Shown here: piece by piece, positions 36,441-49,665 of the stretch | How positions within the stretch are numbered: position 1 is the stretch's first letter | Layout of the letters: each line of letters opens with the position of its first letter | DNA from: Octopus sinensis | Taxonomy: Eukaryota | Direction: 5' to 3' | Assembly (NCBI RefSeq): GCF_006345805.1 | Contig: NC_042998.1 | Coordinates: forward strand, 196,850,001-196,914,000 | DNA: 64,000 nt | Position numbers and translations under genes: made by a program | The notes under the pieces: model-generated | What the model saw: only the letters and a program-made list of their open reading frames with translations | The model's database searches: none | Told to the model about the DNA's origin: nothing

Positions 36441-37731
36441 TTATGGTGTATGTAGTCCTGTATATTGTGTGGAGAGTGCTGTGATCCAGTCCACTGGATG
36501 GTTAGTGCTATGGTGCATGTATGGTCTGGTCCATTATATGAAGGGTAATATCCTGTGCATGTGGTCCAGTCTATTGTGCGTTGGATGTGGGGATGTATTT
36601 ACATTTCTAAATCCTTTGGTTTATCCCTTATTTGACTCATTCCAGTCTCTTTCCTGCCTGGAAAGAGATAAAATATTGGAGGTTAATATGAAACCAGTTA
36701 GTTTTAGAGGAGGAGCAGAGGCCATTATAGCACTGTAAAGAAAAATAGGGGTCAACAATGTAGCATGTTCTTAGGCGGATGGATTTTTCTGGGATGTGTG
36801 CTTTGATGTATGTATGTGTGTATATATAGGTGTGTGTGTAGGAATGTAATATTGGTTTCAAATTTGGCACAAGGCCAGCAATTTCGGGAGAGAGGATAAG
36901 TTGATTACATCAACCCCAGTTTTCAACTGGTACTTATTTTATCGACCCCCAAAAGGGATGAAAGGCAAAGTCAAACTCAGCGAAATTTAAACTTAGACCC
37001 TAGCGGAATTTGAACTTAAAATGTAAATACAGACAACATGTTTCTAAGCATTTTTGCCGAACATGCTAATGATTGCGCCAGCTCACGGCCTAATGTGATG
37101 TAATATTCAAAACACTGGATATCGAATATGTTGAGAAGTTGTAACAGGGTTGTCTTCTGATCTTTTATAAAATCAAAGTTTCATTATTGTCAATACTGTT
37201 GTTGCCATCACTGATGTCACTGTCTGCATCATCATCATCATCATCATCAGCTTCACCACCATAATTACTACCACCACTGCTTTCATCAATCATTATTAAT
37301 AACGAATCAATCATTCCATTAGGCATGTGTTATAGCTGTTCCCTTAAAAATCTTGTGTGTCTCTCAACAATGGCAACCCTTCGCCCAAATCATATACTCT
37401 GACTCATGGCATTTTGGAAGTCTGAAATTTATTTAACCCATGTTCCAAGACTAGTGTTGTAAATTTGACAATCTTGTGGTGGCCTCCTCTGTGAATTGCA
37501 TCATCCCTAATTGAAAAGTACAGGGTTACTCAGATCTGTCTATGTCTCTGCTCTCTCTCCAAGTACCGACAATTTATGATTGGTTAATAGTATAAGTACT
37601 GTGGGAGGTACATGACCCAGTGGTTAAGGTGTTGCATTTATGCTTGCAAGGTTGTAGTTTCAATTCCTGGACAAGGCAATGTGTTCATTTCATTTTGTTT
37701 CAGTTCACTCAGCTGTAAATGAATTAACCCT

Positions 37732-38030
37732 GTGGCCGCTGCCAGCCTCCCCTGACACCTGTGCCGGTGGTACGTAAAAAGCACCAACCGACCGTGGCCG
37801 CTGCCAGCCTCCCCTGACACCTGTGCCGGTGGCATGTAAAAAGCACCAACCGATCGTGGCCACTGCCAGCCTCCCCTGACACCTGTGCCGGTGGCATGTA
37901 AAAAGCACCAATTGATTGTGGCCGTTGCCAGCCTCCCCTGACACCTGTGCCGGTGGCACGTAAAAAGCACCAACCGATCGTGGCAGCTCCCAGCCTACCC
38001 TGGCACCTGTGCCGGTGGCACATAAAAGTA
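37732..38030 (+). repeat. Five tandem 62-bp units inside a SINE-E copy
   Basis: Units start at 37732, 37794, 37856, 37918 and 37980. Confidence 0.9.
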
Positions 38031-38344
38031 CCCACTACACTTACGGAGTGGTTGGCGTTAGGAAGGGCATCCAGCTGTAGAAACTTTGCCAGATCAGACT
38101 GGAGCCTGGTGCAGCCTCCCGGCTTCCCAGACACCGGTTGAACCGTCCAACCTGTGCTAGCACGGAAAACAAGATGTTAAATGATGATAATGATGGACTG
38201 GTGTCCTGTTCAGTGGAGAGTAATTGTCAATTATACACCATGGAAATTGGATTAGACTCTCACTTCAGGAGTTGTAGGGATCTTGACAGACTTGGGTCTA
38301 TGTATGCTAACATGGACTTAGACTATTACATCCAAGTAAATATC

Positions 38345-38472
38345 AATATTGATAATTAATGTGCTGTATGGAAATAAGAGAATTGGGAATTCAACACCAT
38401 TCCATGTAGACTTGGACTTGTGTTGAATTCTTAATTCTCTTACTTCTGTATGATACATTAATTATCAATATT
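38345..38472 (+). other. Inverted repeat: 53-bp arms, 22-nt loop
   Basis: 44/53 Watson-Crick pairs, 7 G.U and 2 A.C on the + strand. Confidence 0.85.
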
Positions 38473-38717
38473 AAGATTTGCACCTGGTCGGTGAGCTTGG
38501 GGAATCATTTGCATGCCAGGCAAAATAAATTATTGATTAAGAATTTTTTAGACTGTTAAAAACCACCATGGGAAAAGGTAGGTGGCCTTAGTGATTAAGA
38601 TACTGCGATTGTAAGATTGTGGTTTCATTTCTGGTATCAGGCAGTACAATGTGTTATTGAGCAAAACACTTCATTTCATTTTACTCCAGTCCACTCCACA
38701 GTAAATGAGTTCCAGCA

Positions 38718-41700
38718 ATATCTGTTAATCCACCCTGTTCACATCTGTTAATCCACCATGTTCATGTGGAGAGTCCACATCACAATCCACCCTGTTCACA
38801 TCTGTTAATCCACCATAATCATGTAGAAAGTCCACATCACAATCCACCATGTTCATATGGATAGTCCACATCACAATCCACCCTGTTCACATCTGTTAAT
38901 CCACCATGTTCATGTGGATTGTCCACATCACAATCCACCCTGTTCACATCTGTTAATCCACCATGTTCATGTGGATAGTCCACATCACAATCCACCCTGT
39001 TCACACCTGTTAATCCACCATGTTCATGTGGATAGTCCACATCACAATCCACCCTGTTCACACCTGTTAATCCACCATGTTCATGTGGATAGCCCACATC
39101 ACAATCCACCCTGTTCACATCTGTTAATCCACCATGTTCATGTGGATAGTCCACATCACAATCCACCCTGTTCACATCTGTTAATCCACCATGTTCATGT
39201 GGATAGTCCACATCACAATCCACCCTGTTCACATCTGTTAATCCACCATGTTCATGTGGATAGTCCACATCACAATCCACCCTGTTCACATCTGTTAATC
39301 CACCATGTTCATGTGGATAGTCCACATCACAATCCACCCTGTTCACATCTGTTAATCCACCATGTTCATGTGGATAGTCCACATCACAATCCACCTGTTC
39401 ACACCTGTTAATCCACCATGTTCATGTGGATAGTCCACATCACAATCCACCCTGTTCACACTGTTAATCCACCATGTTCATGTGGATAGTCCACATCACA
39501 ATCCACCCTGTTCACATCTGTTAATCCACCATGTTCATGTGGATAGTCCACATCACAATCCACCCTGTTCACATCTGTTAATCCACCATGTTCATGTGGA
39601 TTGTCCACATCACAATCCACCCTGTTCACATCTGTTAATCCACCATGTTCATGTGGATAGTCCACATCACAATCCACCCTGTTCACACCTGTTAATCCAC
39701 CATGTTCATGTGGATAGTCCACATCACAATCCACCCTGTTCACACCTGTAATCCACCATGTTCATGTGGATAGCCCACATCACAATCCACCCTGTTCACA
39801 TCTGTTAATCCACCATGTTCATGTGGATAGTCCACATCACAATCCACCCTGTTCACATCTGTTAATCCACCATGTTCATGTGGATAGTCCACATCACAAT
39901 CCACCCTGTTCACATCTGTTAATCCACCATGTTCATGTGGATAGTCCACATCACAATCCACCCTGTTCACACCTGTTAATCCACCATGTTCATGTGGATA
40001 GTCCACATCACAATCCACCCTGTTCACATCTGTTAATCCACCATGTTCATGTGGATAGTCCACATCCCAATCCACCCTGTTCACATCTGTTAATCCACCA
40101 TGTTCATGTGTATAGTCCACATCACAATCCACCCTGTTCACATTTCAGTTAATCCATCATGTTCATGTGGATAGTCCACATCACAATCCACCCTGTTCAC
40201 ATGTTAATCCACCATGTTCATGTGGATAGTCCACATCACAATCCACCCTGTTCACATCTGTTAATCCACCATGTTCATGTGGATAGTCCACATCACAATC
40301 CACCCTGTTAACATCTGTTAATTCACCATGTTCATGTGGATAGTCCACATCACAATCCACCCTGTTCACATTTTAGTTAATCCATCATGTTCATGTGGAT
40401 AGTCCACATCACAATCCACCCTGTTCACATCTGTTAATCCACCATGTTCATGTGGATAGTCCACATCACAATCCACCCTGTTCACATCTGTTAATCCACC
40501 ATGTTCATGTAGATAGTCCACCCTGTTCACATCTGTTAATCCACCATGTTCATGTAGATAGTCCACATCACAATCCACCCTGTTCACATCTGTTAATCCA
40601 CCATGTTCATGTGGATAGTCCACATCACAATCCACCCTGTTCACACCTGTTAATCCACCATGTTCATGTGGATAGTCCACATCACAATCCACCCTGTTCA
40701 CACCTGTTAATCCACCATGTTCATGTGGATAGTCCACATCACAATCCACCCTGTTCACATCTGTTAATCCACCATGTTCATGTGGATAGTCCACATCACA
40801 ATCCACCCTGTTCACATCTGTTAATCCACCATGTTCATGTGGATAGTCCACATCACAATCCACCCTGTTCACACCTGTTAATCCACCATGTTCATGTGGA
40901 TAGTCCACATCACAATCCACCCTGTTCACATCTGTTAATCCACCATGTTCATGTGGATAGTCCACATCACAATCCACCCTGTTCACACCTGTTAATCCAC
41001 CATGTTCATGTGGATAGTCCACATCACAATCCACCCTGTTCACATCTGTTAATCCACCATGTTCATGTGGATAGTCCACATCACAATCCACCCTGTTCAC
41101 ACCTGTTAATCCACCATGTTCATGTGGATAGTCCACATCACAATCCACCCTGTTCACACCTGTTAATCCACCATGTTCATGTGGATAGTCCACATCACAA
41201 TCCACCCTGTTCACATCTGTTAATCCACCATGTTCATGTGGATAGTCCACATCACAATCCACCTGTTCACACCTGTTAATCCACCATGTTCATGTGGATA
41301 GTCCACATCACAATCCACCCTGTTCACATCTGTTAATCCACCATGTTCATGTGGATAGTCCACATCACAATCCACCCTGTTCACACCTGTTAATCCACCA
41401 TGTTCATGTGGATAGTCCACATCACAATCCACCCTGTTCACACCTGTTAATCCACCATGTTCATGTGGATAGTCCACATCACAATCCACCCTGTTCACAT
41501 CTGTTAATCCACCATGTTCATGTGGATAGTCCACATCACAATCCACCCTGTTCACATCTGTTAATCCACCATGTTCATGTGGATAGTCCACATCACAATC
41601 CACCCTGTTCACATCTGTTAATCCACCATGTTCATGTGGATAGTCCACATCACAATCCACCCTGTTCACACCTGTTAATCCACCATGTTCATGTGGATAG

Positions 41701-44700
41701 TCCACATCACAATCCACCCTGTTCACATCTGTTAATCCACCATGTTCATGTGGATAGTCCACATCACAATCCACCCTGTTCACACCTGTTAATCCACCAT
41801 GTTCATGTGGATAGTCCACATCACAATCCACCCTGTTCACATCTGTTAATCCACCATGTTCATGTGGATAGTCCACATCACAATCCACCCTGTTCACACC
41901 TGTTAATCCACCATGTTCATGTGGATAGTCCACATCACAATCCACCCTGTTCACACCTGTTAATCCCCATGTTCATGTGGATAGTCCACATCACAATCCA
42001 CCCTGTTCACACCTGTTAATCCACCATGTTCATGTGGATAGTCCACATCACAATCCACCCTGTTCACATCTGTTAATCCACCATGTTCATGTGGATAGTC
42101 CACATCACAATCCACCCTGTTCACACCTGTTAATCCACCATGTTCATGTGGATAGTCCACATCACAATCCACCCTGTTCACACCTGTTAATCCACCATGT
42201 TCATGTGGATAGTCCACATCACAATCCACCCTGTTCACACCTGTTAATCCACCATGTTCATGTGGATAGTCCACATCACAATCCACCCTGTTCACATCTG
42301 TTAACACCATGTTCATGTGGATAGTCCACATCACAATCCACCCTGTTCACACCTGTTAATCCACCATGTTCATGTGGATAGTCCACATCACAATCCACCC
42401 TGTTCACACCTGTAATCCACCATGTTCATGTGGATAGTCCACATCACAATCCACCCTGTTCACACCTGTTAATCCACCATGTTCATGTGGATAGTCCACA
42501 TCACAATCCACCCTGTTCACACCTGTTAATCCACCATGTTCATGTGGATAGTCCACATCACAATCCACCCTGTTCACATCTGTTAATCCACCATGTTCAT
42601 GTGGATAGTCCACATCACAATCCACCGTGTTCACATCTGTTAATCCACCATGTTCATGTGGATAGTCCACATCACAATCCACCCTGTTCACATCTGTTAA
42701 TCCACCATGTTCATGTGGATAGTCCACATCACAATCCACCCTGTTCACACCTGTTAATCCACCATGTTCATGTGGATAGTCCACATCACAATCCACCCTG
42801 TTCACATCTGTTAATCCACCATGTTCATGTGGATAGTCCACATCACAATCCACCCTGTTCACCTGTTTAATCCACCATGTTCATGTGGATAGTCCACATC
42901 ACAATCCACCCTGTTCACATCTGTTAATCCACCATGTTCATGTGGATAGTCCACATCACAATCCACCCTGTTCACACCTGTTAATCCACCATGTTCATGT
43001 GGATTGTCCACATCACAATCCACCCTGTTCACACCTGTTAATCCACCATGTTCATGTGGATAGTCCACATCACAATCCACCCTGTTCACATCTGTTAATC
43101 CACCATGTTCATGTGGATAGTCCACATCACAATCCACCGTGTTCACATCTGTTAATCCACCATGTTCATGTGGATAGTCCACATCACAATCCACCCTGTT
43201 CACATCTGTTAATTCACCATGTTCATGTGGATAGTCCACATCACAATCCACCCTGTTCACATCTGTTAATCCACCATGTTCATGTGGATAGTCCACATCA
43301 CAATCCACCGTGTTCACATCTGTTAATCCACCATGTTCATGTGGATAGTCCACATCACAATCCACCCTGTTCACATCTGTTAATCCACCATGTTCATGTG
43401 GATAGTCCACATCACAATCCACCCTGTTCACACCTGTTAATCCACCATGTTCATGTGGATAGTCCACATCACAATCCACCCTGTTCACATCTGTTAATCC
43501 ACCATAATCATGTAGAAAGTCCACATCACAATCCACCATGTTCATATGGATAGTCCACATCACAATCCACCCTGTTCACATCTGTTAATCCACCATGTTC
43601 ATGTGGATAGTCCACATCACAATCCACCCTGTTCACACCTGTTAATCCACCATGTTCATGTGGATAGTCCACATCACAATCCACCCTGTTCACATCTGTT
43701 AATCCACATAATCATGTAGAAAGTCCACATCACAATCCACCATGTTCATATGGAGTCCACATCACAATCCACCCTGTTCACATCTGTTAATCCACCATGT
43801 TCATGTGGATAGTCCACATCACAATCCACCCTGTTCACACCTGTTAATCCACCATGTTCATGTGGATAGTCCACATCACAATCCACCCTGTTCACATTTC
43901 AGTTAATCCATCATGTTCATGTGGATAGTCCACATCACAATCCACCCTGTTCACATTTCAGTTAATCCATCATGTTCATGTGGATAGTCCACATCACAAT
44001 CCACCCTGTTCACATGTTAATCCACCATGTTCATGTGGATAGTCCACATCACAATCCACCCTGTTCACATCTGTTAATCCACCATGTTCATGTGGATAGT
44101 CCACATCACAATCCACCCTGTTCACATCTGTTAATCCACCATGTTCATGTGGATAGTCCACCCTGTTCACATCTGTTAATCCACCATGTTCATGTAGATA
44201 GTCCACATCACAATCCACCCTGTTCACATCTGTTAATCCACCATGTTCATGTGGATAGTCCACATCACAATCCACCCTGTTCACATCTGTTAATCCACCA
44301 TGTTCATGTGGATAGTCCACATCACAATCCACCCTTTCACATCTGTTAATCCACCATGTTCATGTAGATAGTCCACATCACAATCCACCCTGTTCACATC
44401 TGTTAATCCACCATGTTCATGTGGATAGTCCACATCACAATCCACCCTGTTCACATCTGTTAATCCACCATGTTCATGTGGATAGTCCACATCACAATCC
44501 ACCCTTTCACATCTGTTAATCCACCATGTTCATGTGGATAGTCCACATCACAATCCACCCTGTTCACATCTGTTAATCCACCATGTTCATGTGGATAGTC
44601 CACCCTGTTCACATCTGTTAATCCATCATGTTCATGTAGATAGTCCACATCACAATCCACCCTGTTCACATCTGTTAATCCACCATGTTCATGTGGATAG

Positions 44701-45640
44701 TCCACATCACAATCCACCCTGTTCACATCTGTTAATCCACCATGTTCATGTGGATAGTCCACATCACAATCCACCCTTTCACATCTGTTAATCCACCATG
44801 TTCATGTAGATAGTCCACATCACAATCCACCCTGTTCACATCTGTTAATCCATCATGTTCATGTGGATAGTCCACATCACAATCCACCCTGTTCACATCT
44901 GTTAATCCACCATGTTCATGTAGATAGTCCACCCTGTTCACATCTGTTAATCCACCATGTTCATGTAGATAGTCCACATCACAATCCACCCTGTTCACAT
45001 CTGTTAATCCACCATGTTCATGTGGATAGTCCACCCTGTTCACATCTGTTAATCCATCATGTTCATGTAGATAGTCCACATCACAATCCACCCTGTTCAC
45101 ATCTGTTAATCCACCATGTTCATGTGGATAGTCCACATCACAATCCACCCTGTTCACATCTGTTAATCCACCATGTTCATGTGGATAGTCCACATCACAA
45201 TCCACCCTTTCACATCTGTTAATCCACCATGTTCATGTAGATAGTCCACATCACAATCCACCCTGTTCACATCTGTTAATCCATCATGTTCATGTGGATA
45301 GTCCACATCACAATCCACCCTGTTCACATCTGTTAATCCACCATGTTCATGTGGATAGTCCACATCACAATCCACCCTGTTCACATCTGTTAATCCACCA
45401 TGTTCATGTGGATAGTCCACATCACAATCCACCCTGTTCACATCTGTTAATCCATCATGTTCATGTGGATAGTCCACATCACAATCCACCCTGTTCACAT
45501 CTGTTAATCCACCATGTTCATGTGGATAGTCCACATCACAATCCACCCTGTTCACATCTGTTAATCCACCATGTTCATGTGGATAGTCCACATCACAATC
45601 CACCCTGTTCACATTTCAGTTCATCCATCATGTTCATTTA
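38718..45640. repeat. 57-bp tandem satellite, ~120 copies (ccaccctgttcacatctgttaatccaccatgttcatgtggatagtccacatcacaat)
   Basis: Directly visible; one open frame per strand. Confidence 0.98.
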
Positions 45641-46125
45641 GTTAATTAAATTCACCCTTGTCACTTTGTTCACATTCCAATTAACTTTGTTCACTTCAAC
45701 CCTTCACATTTCAATGAACCCACCCTGTGAACCAAGACAAATCCCAAATCACATTCCAATCCATCACATTCACTTAATTCGCCATCTGACTCCACCTTTG
45801 TCACTTAGGCTGGAGGCAATAATTAATTCATCCTCTTCACCTGGACAGGAAGTTCTAGGTTTTGTCTTGTTTTTAACAAAATTTTTGTAAATATTTGTTT
45901 TGTTTATTCATTGTTTTTAAAAAATGTATTCATATATGTCTATATATATATAATGTACTTATATATATATATGTTTATATAATGTGTGTGTTGTATATAT
46001 ATATATATATATATAATCAACTAATAAGGGTGAGAAAATTGGATACTAATTTAATAGTACATCCATTTAACACCAAGTGGCTTTGTGCATAAAAACCAGG
46101 AATACAATAAATTTTATAGATAAAT

Positions 46126-46299
46126 ATAAATATAAGAGAGTAACCACTATGTGGTCGACTCTAGCACTAAAAATAGATCCGCTAGGTTTCAGCCACAAAG
46201 AGTTCTTTTCCGATGAAAGTTAGCACAACTACTAGCGCAAACCTAGCAGATCTATTTTTAGTGCTAGAGTCGACCACATAGTGGTTACTCTCTTATATT

Positions 46300-46302
<3 letters not shown>
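46126..46302. other. Fold-back element: 64-bp arms (1 mismatch), 49-nt spacer
   Basis: Arms at 46126-46189 and 46239-46302. Confidence 0.9.
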
Positions 46303-46337
<35 letters not shown>

Positions 46338-46341
<4 letters not shown>

Positions 46342-46458
46342 ATCAAAATAAGCAACAAGGATATCTAAGGTAGTGTGGTACAATCGTTTCATGCTACTTC
46401 ATTTTATTAAATTGTACTACACTATCTTGGATATCCTTGTTGCTTATTTTGATTATAA
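46338..46458. other. Second fold-back element: ~47-bp arms
   Basis: aatcaaaataagcaacaaggatatc...gatatccttgttgcttatttttgatt; 3 mismatches and 1 indel. Confidence 0.85.
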
Positions 46459-48399
46459 TCACCCCATTTGATTTATATGGATAATACCATACCAAATTCT
46501 GGTGCCTTTAACTTAAGTACCATATTCATCTGAATCTAAATTTTGCTGAACTTATATATATATATATACATACATAATATATTCATGCACACACACACAC
46601 ACATATATATATAGTACATACATATTAAAAAGAATGTTTTCATATTTTCTACAATTATTATTTTTAAATAAAAAAAAATTGAGAAATTGTTATACCTTGT
46701 TCGTGTTATTTCTTTGAATGACTGAAATACCTGCGTAACCCTTTGATCTCTCTGACCAGATATGCAAACATGTAATGTTCCAAACCATGATGGTAATTAC
46801 AAGAATACAGTAAACCATTAGCTACAAGAAGACACCATTACCACCTGATTAACTTCACTAGTGTGACACCACTGGCCATGTATGGCATGTAAAAAGCACC
46901 ATCCGACCGTGGTTATTTGTCAGCCCTGTCTGGCAGCTGTGCCGGTAGCACGTAAAAAACACCCATTACACTCACGGAGTGGTTGGCGTTAGGAAGGGCA
47001 TCCAGCTGTAGAAACATTGCCAGATCAGACTGGAGCCTGGTGCAGCCTCTGGCTTCCCAGACCCCAGTTGAACCGTCCAACCCATGCTAGCATGGAAAGC
47101 AAATAGACTAGAAACTAAATAGTGGACATCAGCTCTCTCTCTCCTACTGGTGCTTAACTATACTGAGATAATGTCTCCCAAACTGAACACTAGTAGTGTA
47201 ATTATAAAATATATACCTATGTCTAAATAGCAAGGTGCTCGCGGTAGTAAGGAATGATGTTGATAATAATCCTATGGGATTGTTGCGGGTGGGGTAGGAA
47301 GACATTGCTAGTTGAAGAAATGGCACCCTTAGTGGTTGTAATGAGACAGAAAGAGAGATTTATCTGTCACACTGTCATCATCATCATCATCATCATTATT
47401 TAATGCCATTTTCCTTGCTGGCATGGGTTGGATGGTTTGATCAGAGTTGGTAAGCTGGAGAGCCACACCGGATTCCAGTATGGTTGGATGCCCTTCTTAA
47501 CGCTGATCTCTTTACAGAATGTGCTGGGTGCTTTTAACGTGGATTAGCAACAGTTGGGTTAAGAAATATCAAGCAATCTACTGAAGAAGAAGAAGACAGG
47601 AAGATATGGTGAAGGCTGAACCTCATGAAGAGATGATAAAGAGCTCCAATAAGCGGCAAAATATAGAGCATAGAAACTTTGCAAAGTGGGCATATGATGA
47701 TAATGGTGTCAATAATTTTGTATTTAAGCATTTTGTTGTGTGAACCCAAGGATCATTTATAATCATCATCATCGTTTAACGTCCGTTCTCCATGCTAGCA
47801 TGGGTTGGACGGTTTGATCGGGGTCTGGGAAGCCAGGAGGCTGCACCAGGCTCCAGTCTGCTCTGGCAGTGTTTCTACAGGTGGATGCCCTTCCTAATGC
47901 CAACCACTCCGTGAGTGTAGTGGGTGCTTTTTATGTGCCAGGTGAGGCTGGCAACGGCCACGATCAGTTGGTGCTTTTTATGTGCCACCGGCACAGAAGC
48001 CAGTCAAGGCGGCGCTGGCACCGGCCACATTCAGATGGTGCTTTTTACGTGCCACCGGCACAGGGATCACAACTACAATTTCCATTGATTTTTGATGTTG
48101 ATGTACGTGACTCAACAGGTCTTCACAAGTTCAACAGGTTTTCTCAAGCTCAACAGGTCTTCTCGTACCAAAACCACAATTAGATATTTACTCATCCTTT
48201 CAGAAGCACCAATAATTCATAGATCCATGCAGCTAAATCAGACACTATAAAACAAATATGTTATTTTTAAAATGATTTTATTCAAAAAAAAGTTTGAAGT
48301 GTACAAGAATTTTTTTTCATTTAACATATCAAAATTTCATAAATATTTTACAGGGATCACAGATTTCATAAATTCAGAACTAACTTGATTGTAGGTGTG

Positions 48400-48428
<29 letters not shown>

Positions 48429-48430
<2 letters not shown>

Positions 48431-48646
48431 TGCGGCAGAAGTAATGCTTTTTTTTTGCATTTAATAACTTTTATAGTATATAGATGTTTATTAAGTAATT
48501 TTTTATTGAACACAAATTTATTGCATTAATTAAAGAAATGAATAATAAACGAATGAAAAAAATCGCAGAAATTTTAGGAAATTAAAAAGAAACTCGATTA
48601 GAAACTGGAAAAATCAAATACAAAAGGGTCTTACTTCTGCCGCACC
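48429..48646. mobile_element. Tc1/mariner-type MITE remnant
   Basis: Perfect 16-bp inverted repeats ggtgcggcagaagtaa / ttacttctgccgcacc; AT-rich interior. Confidence 0.65.
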
Positions 48647-49544
48647 CTCTGTCTGTGTATATATATATAATGAGACTGGATATATATTTATTCACAAATA
48701 TGTTATCAGATAAAGAGTGCATGGGAAAAGACATTGGACAAACATGTAGCTCGATGGAAAGCAAAACAGTCGTTTCATTAACATTCCAGTGTTTGCCTGA
48801 TAATGCTTCTTCATACTTCATGCGATTTATAGAGATAGACATGTGTTATATATATATGTATATATATATACAAACACATATATACATATATTTCGATTTT
48901 GTATTTGGTTTGCAAGATTCATGTGAATTCTTGTGTTGAAGCATATTTTATTGTATATATATATATATAATTAACATACACATGTGTATGTATAATGATC
49001 TGTATTATGTGTAGAAAATAATAAAATATATACACATTCATGTGTATGTGTGTCTGTGTCCCACAACCTGAAGTAGAGTTCAAAACAAATAGACTAGTAA
49101 CTAAATAGTGGACATCAGCTCTCTCTCTCTCCTACTAATGCTTAACTATACTGAGCTAATGTCTCCCAAACTGAACACTAGTAGTGTAATTATAAAATAT
49201 ATATCTATGTCTAAATAGCAAGATGCTAGCGGTAGTAAGGAATGATGTTGATAATAATAATACTATGGGACTGTTGGGGGGTGGGGTAGGAAGACATTGC
49301 TTGTTGGAGAAATGGCACCCTTAGTGGTTGTAATGAGACAGAAAGAGCTGGGTAGTCAGTCTGAAGAGAAGGCTTTGTGAGTCATCTAGTGGGTCCCCTT
49401 TGTGAGTCATCTAGTGAGTCACCTAGTGAGTCATCTGGTGACACAACAAAAGGTGATATGTAAAAAAATATATATAACAGCAGCACCAAGTTGTCAACGT
49501 TCTGCTCCTACAACTAAGCACAATCCTAAGTGCTGAGGTTCAGT

Positions 49545-49665
49545 CTAAAGACCTTCAATCATTATGGCTGAAGCGCCACCGCCACCGTTACAGATTCCAG
49601 CAACTCCAAGTTCTCCAGGTTTCAGGTTCAATGCCATCCTCCCTGTGATTCGGGTTCCAGACATT
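49545..49665 (-). CDS. ACAT1: ACAT1-like last coding exon with catalytic CNGGG
   Basis: ttgcag acceptor; [39 protein letters not shown]. Confidence 0.95.

Noticed and set aside
38580-38717. Pol III SINE head driving transcription through the satellite
   Set aside because: The head is degenerate and contains a TTTT terminator at 38679-38682 before the array
38837-45612. Minus-strand (DCDVDYPHEHGGLTDVNRV)n ORFs as a protein
   Set aside because: Recurrent variants are non-synonymous in this frame and there are many frameshifts; the open frame follows from the 57-bp period
38718-45640. CRISPR-like array
   Set aside because: The units are contiguous with no unique spacers, no cas genes are present, and the context is eukaryotic
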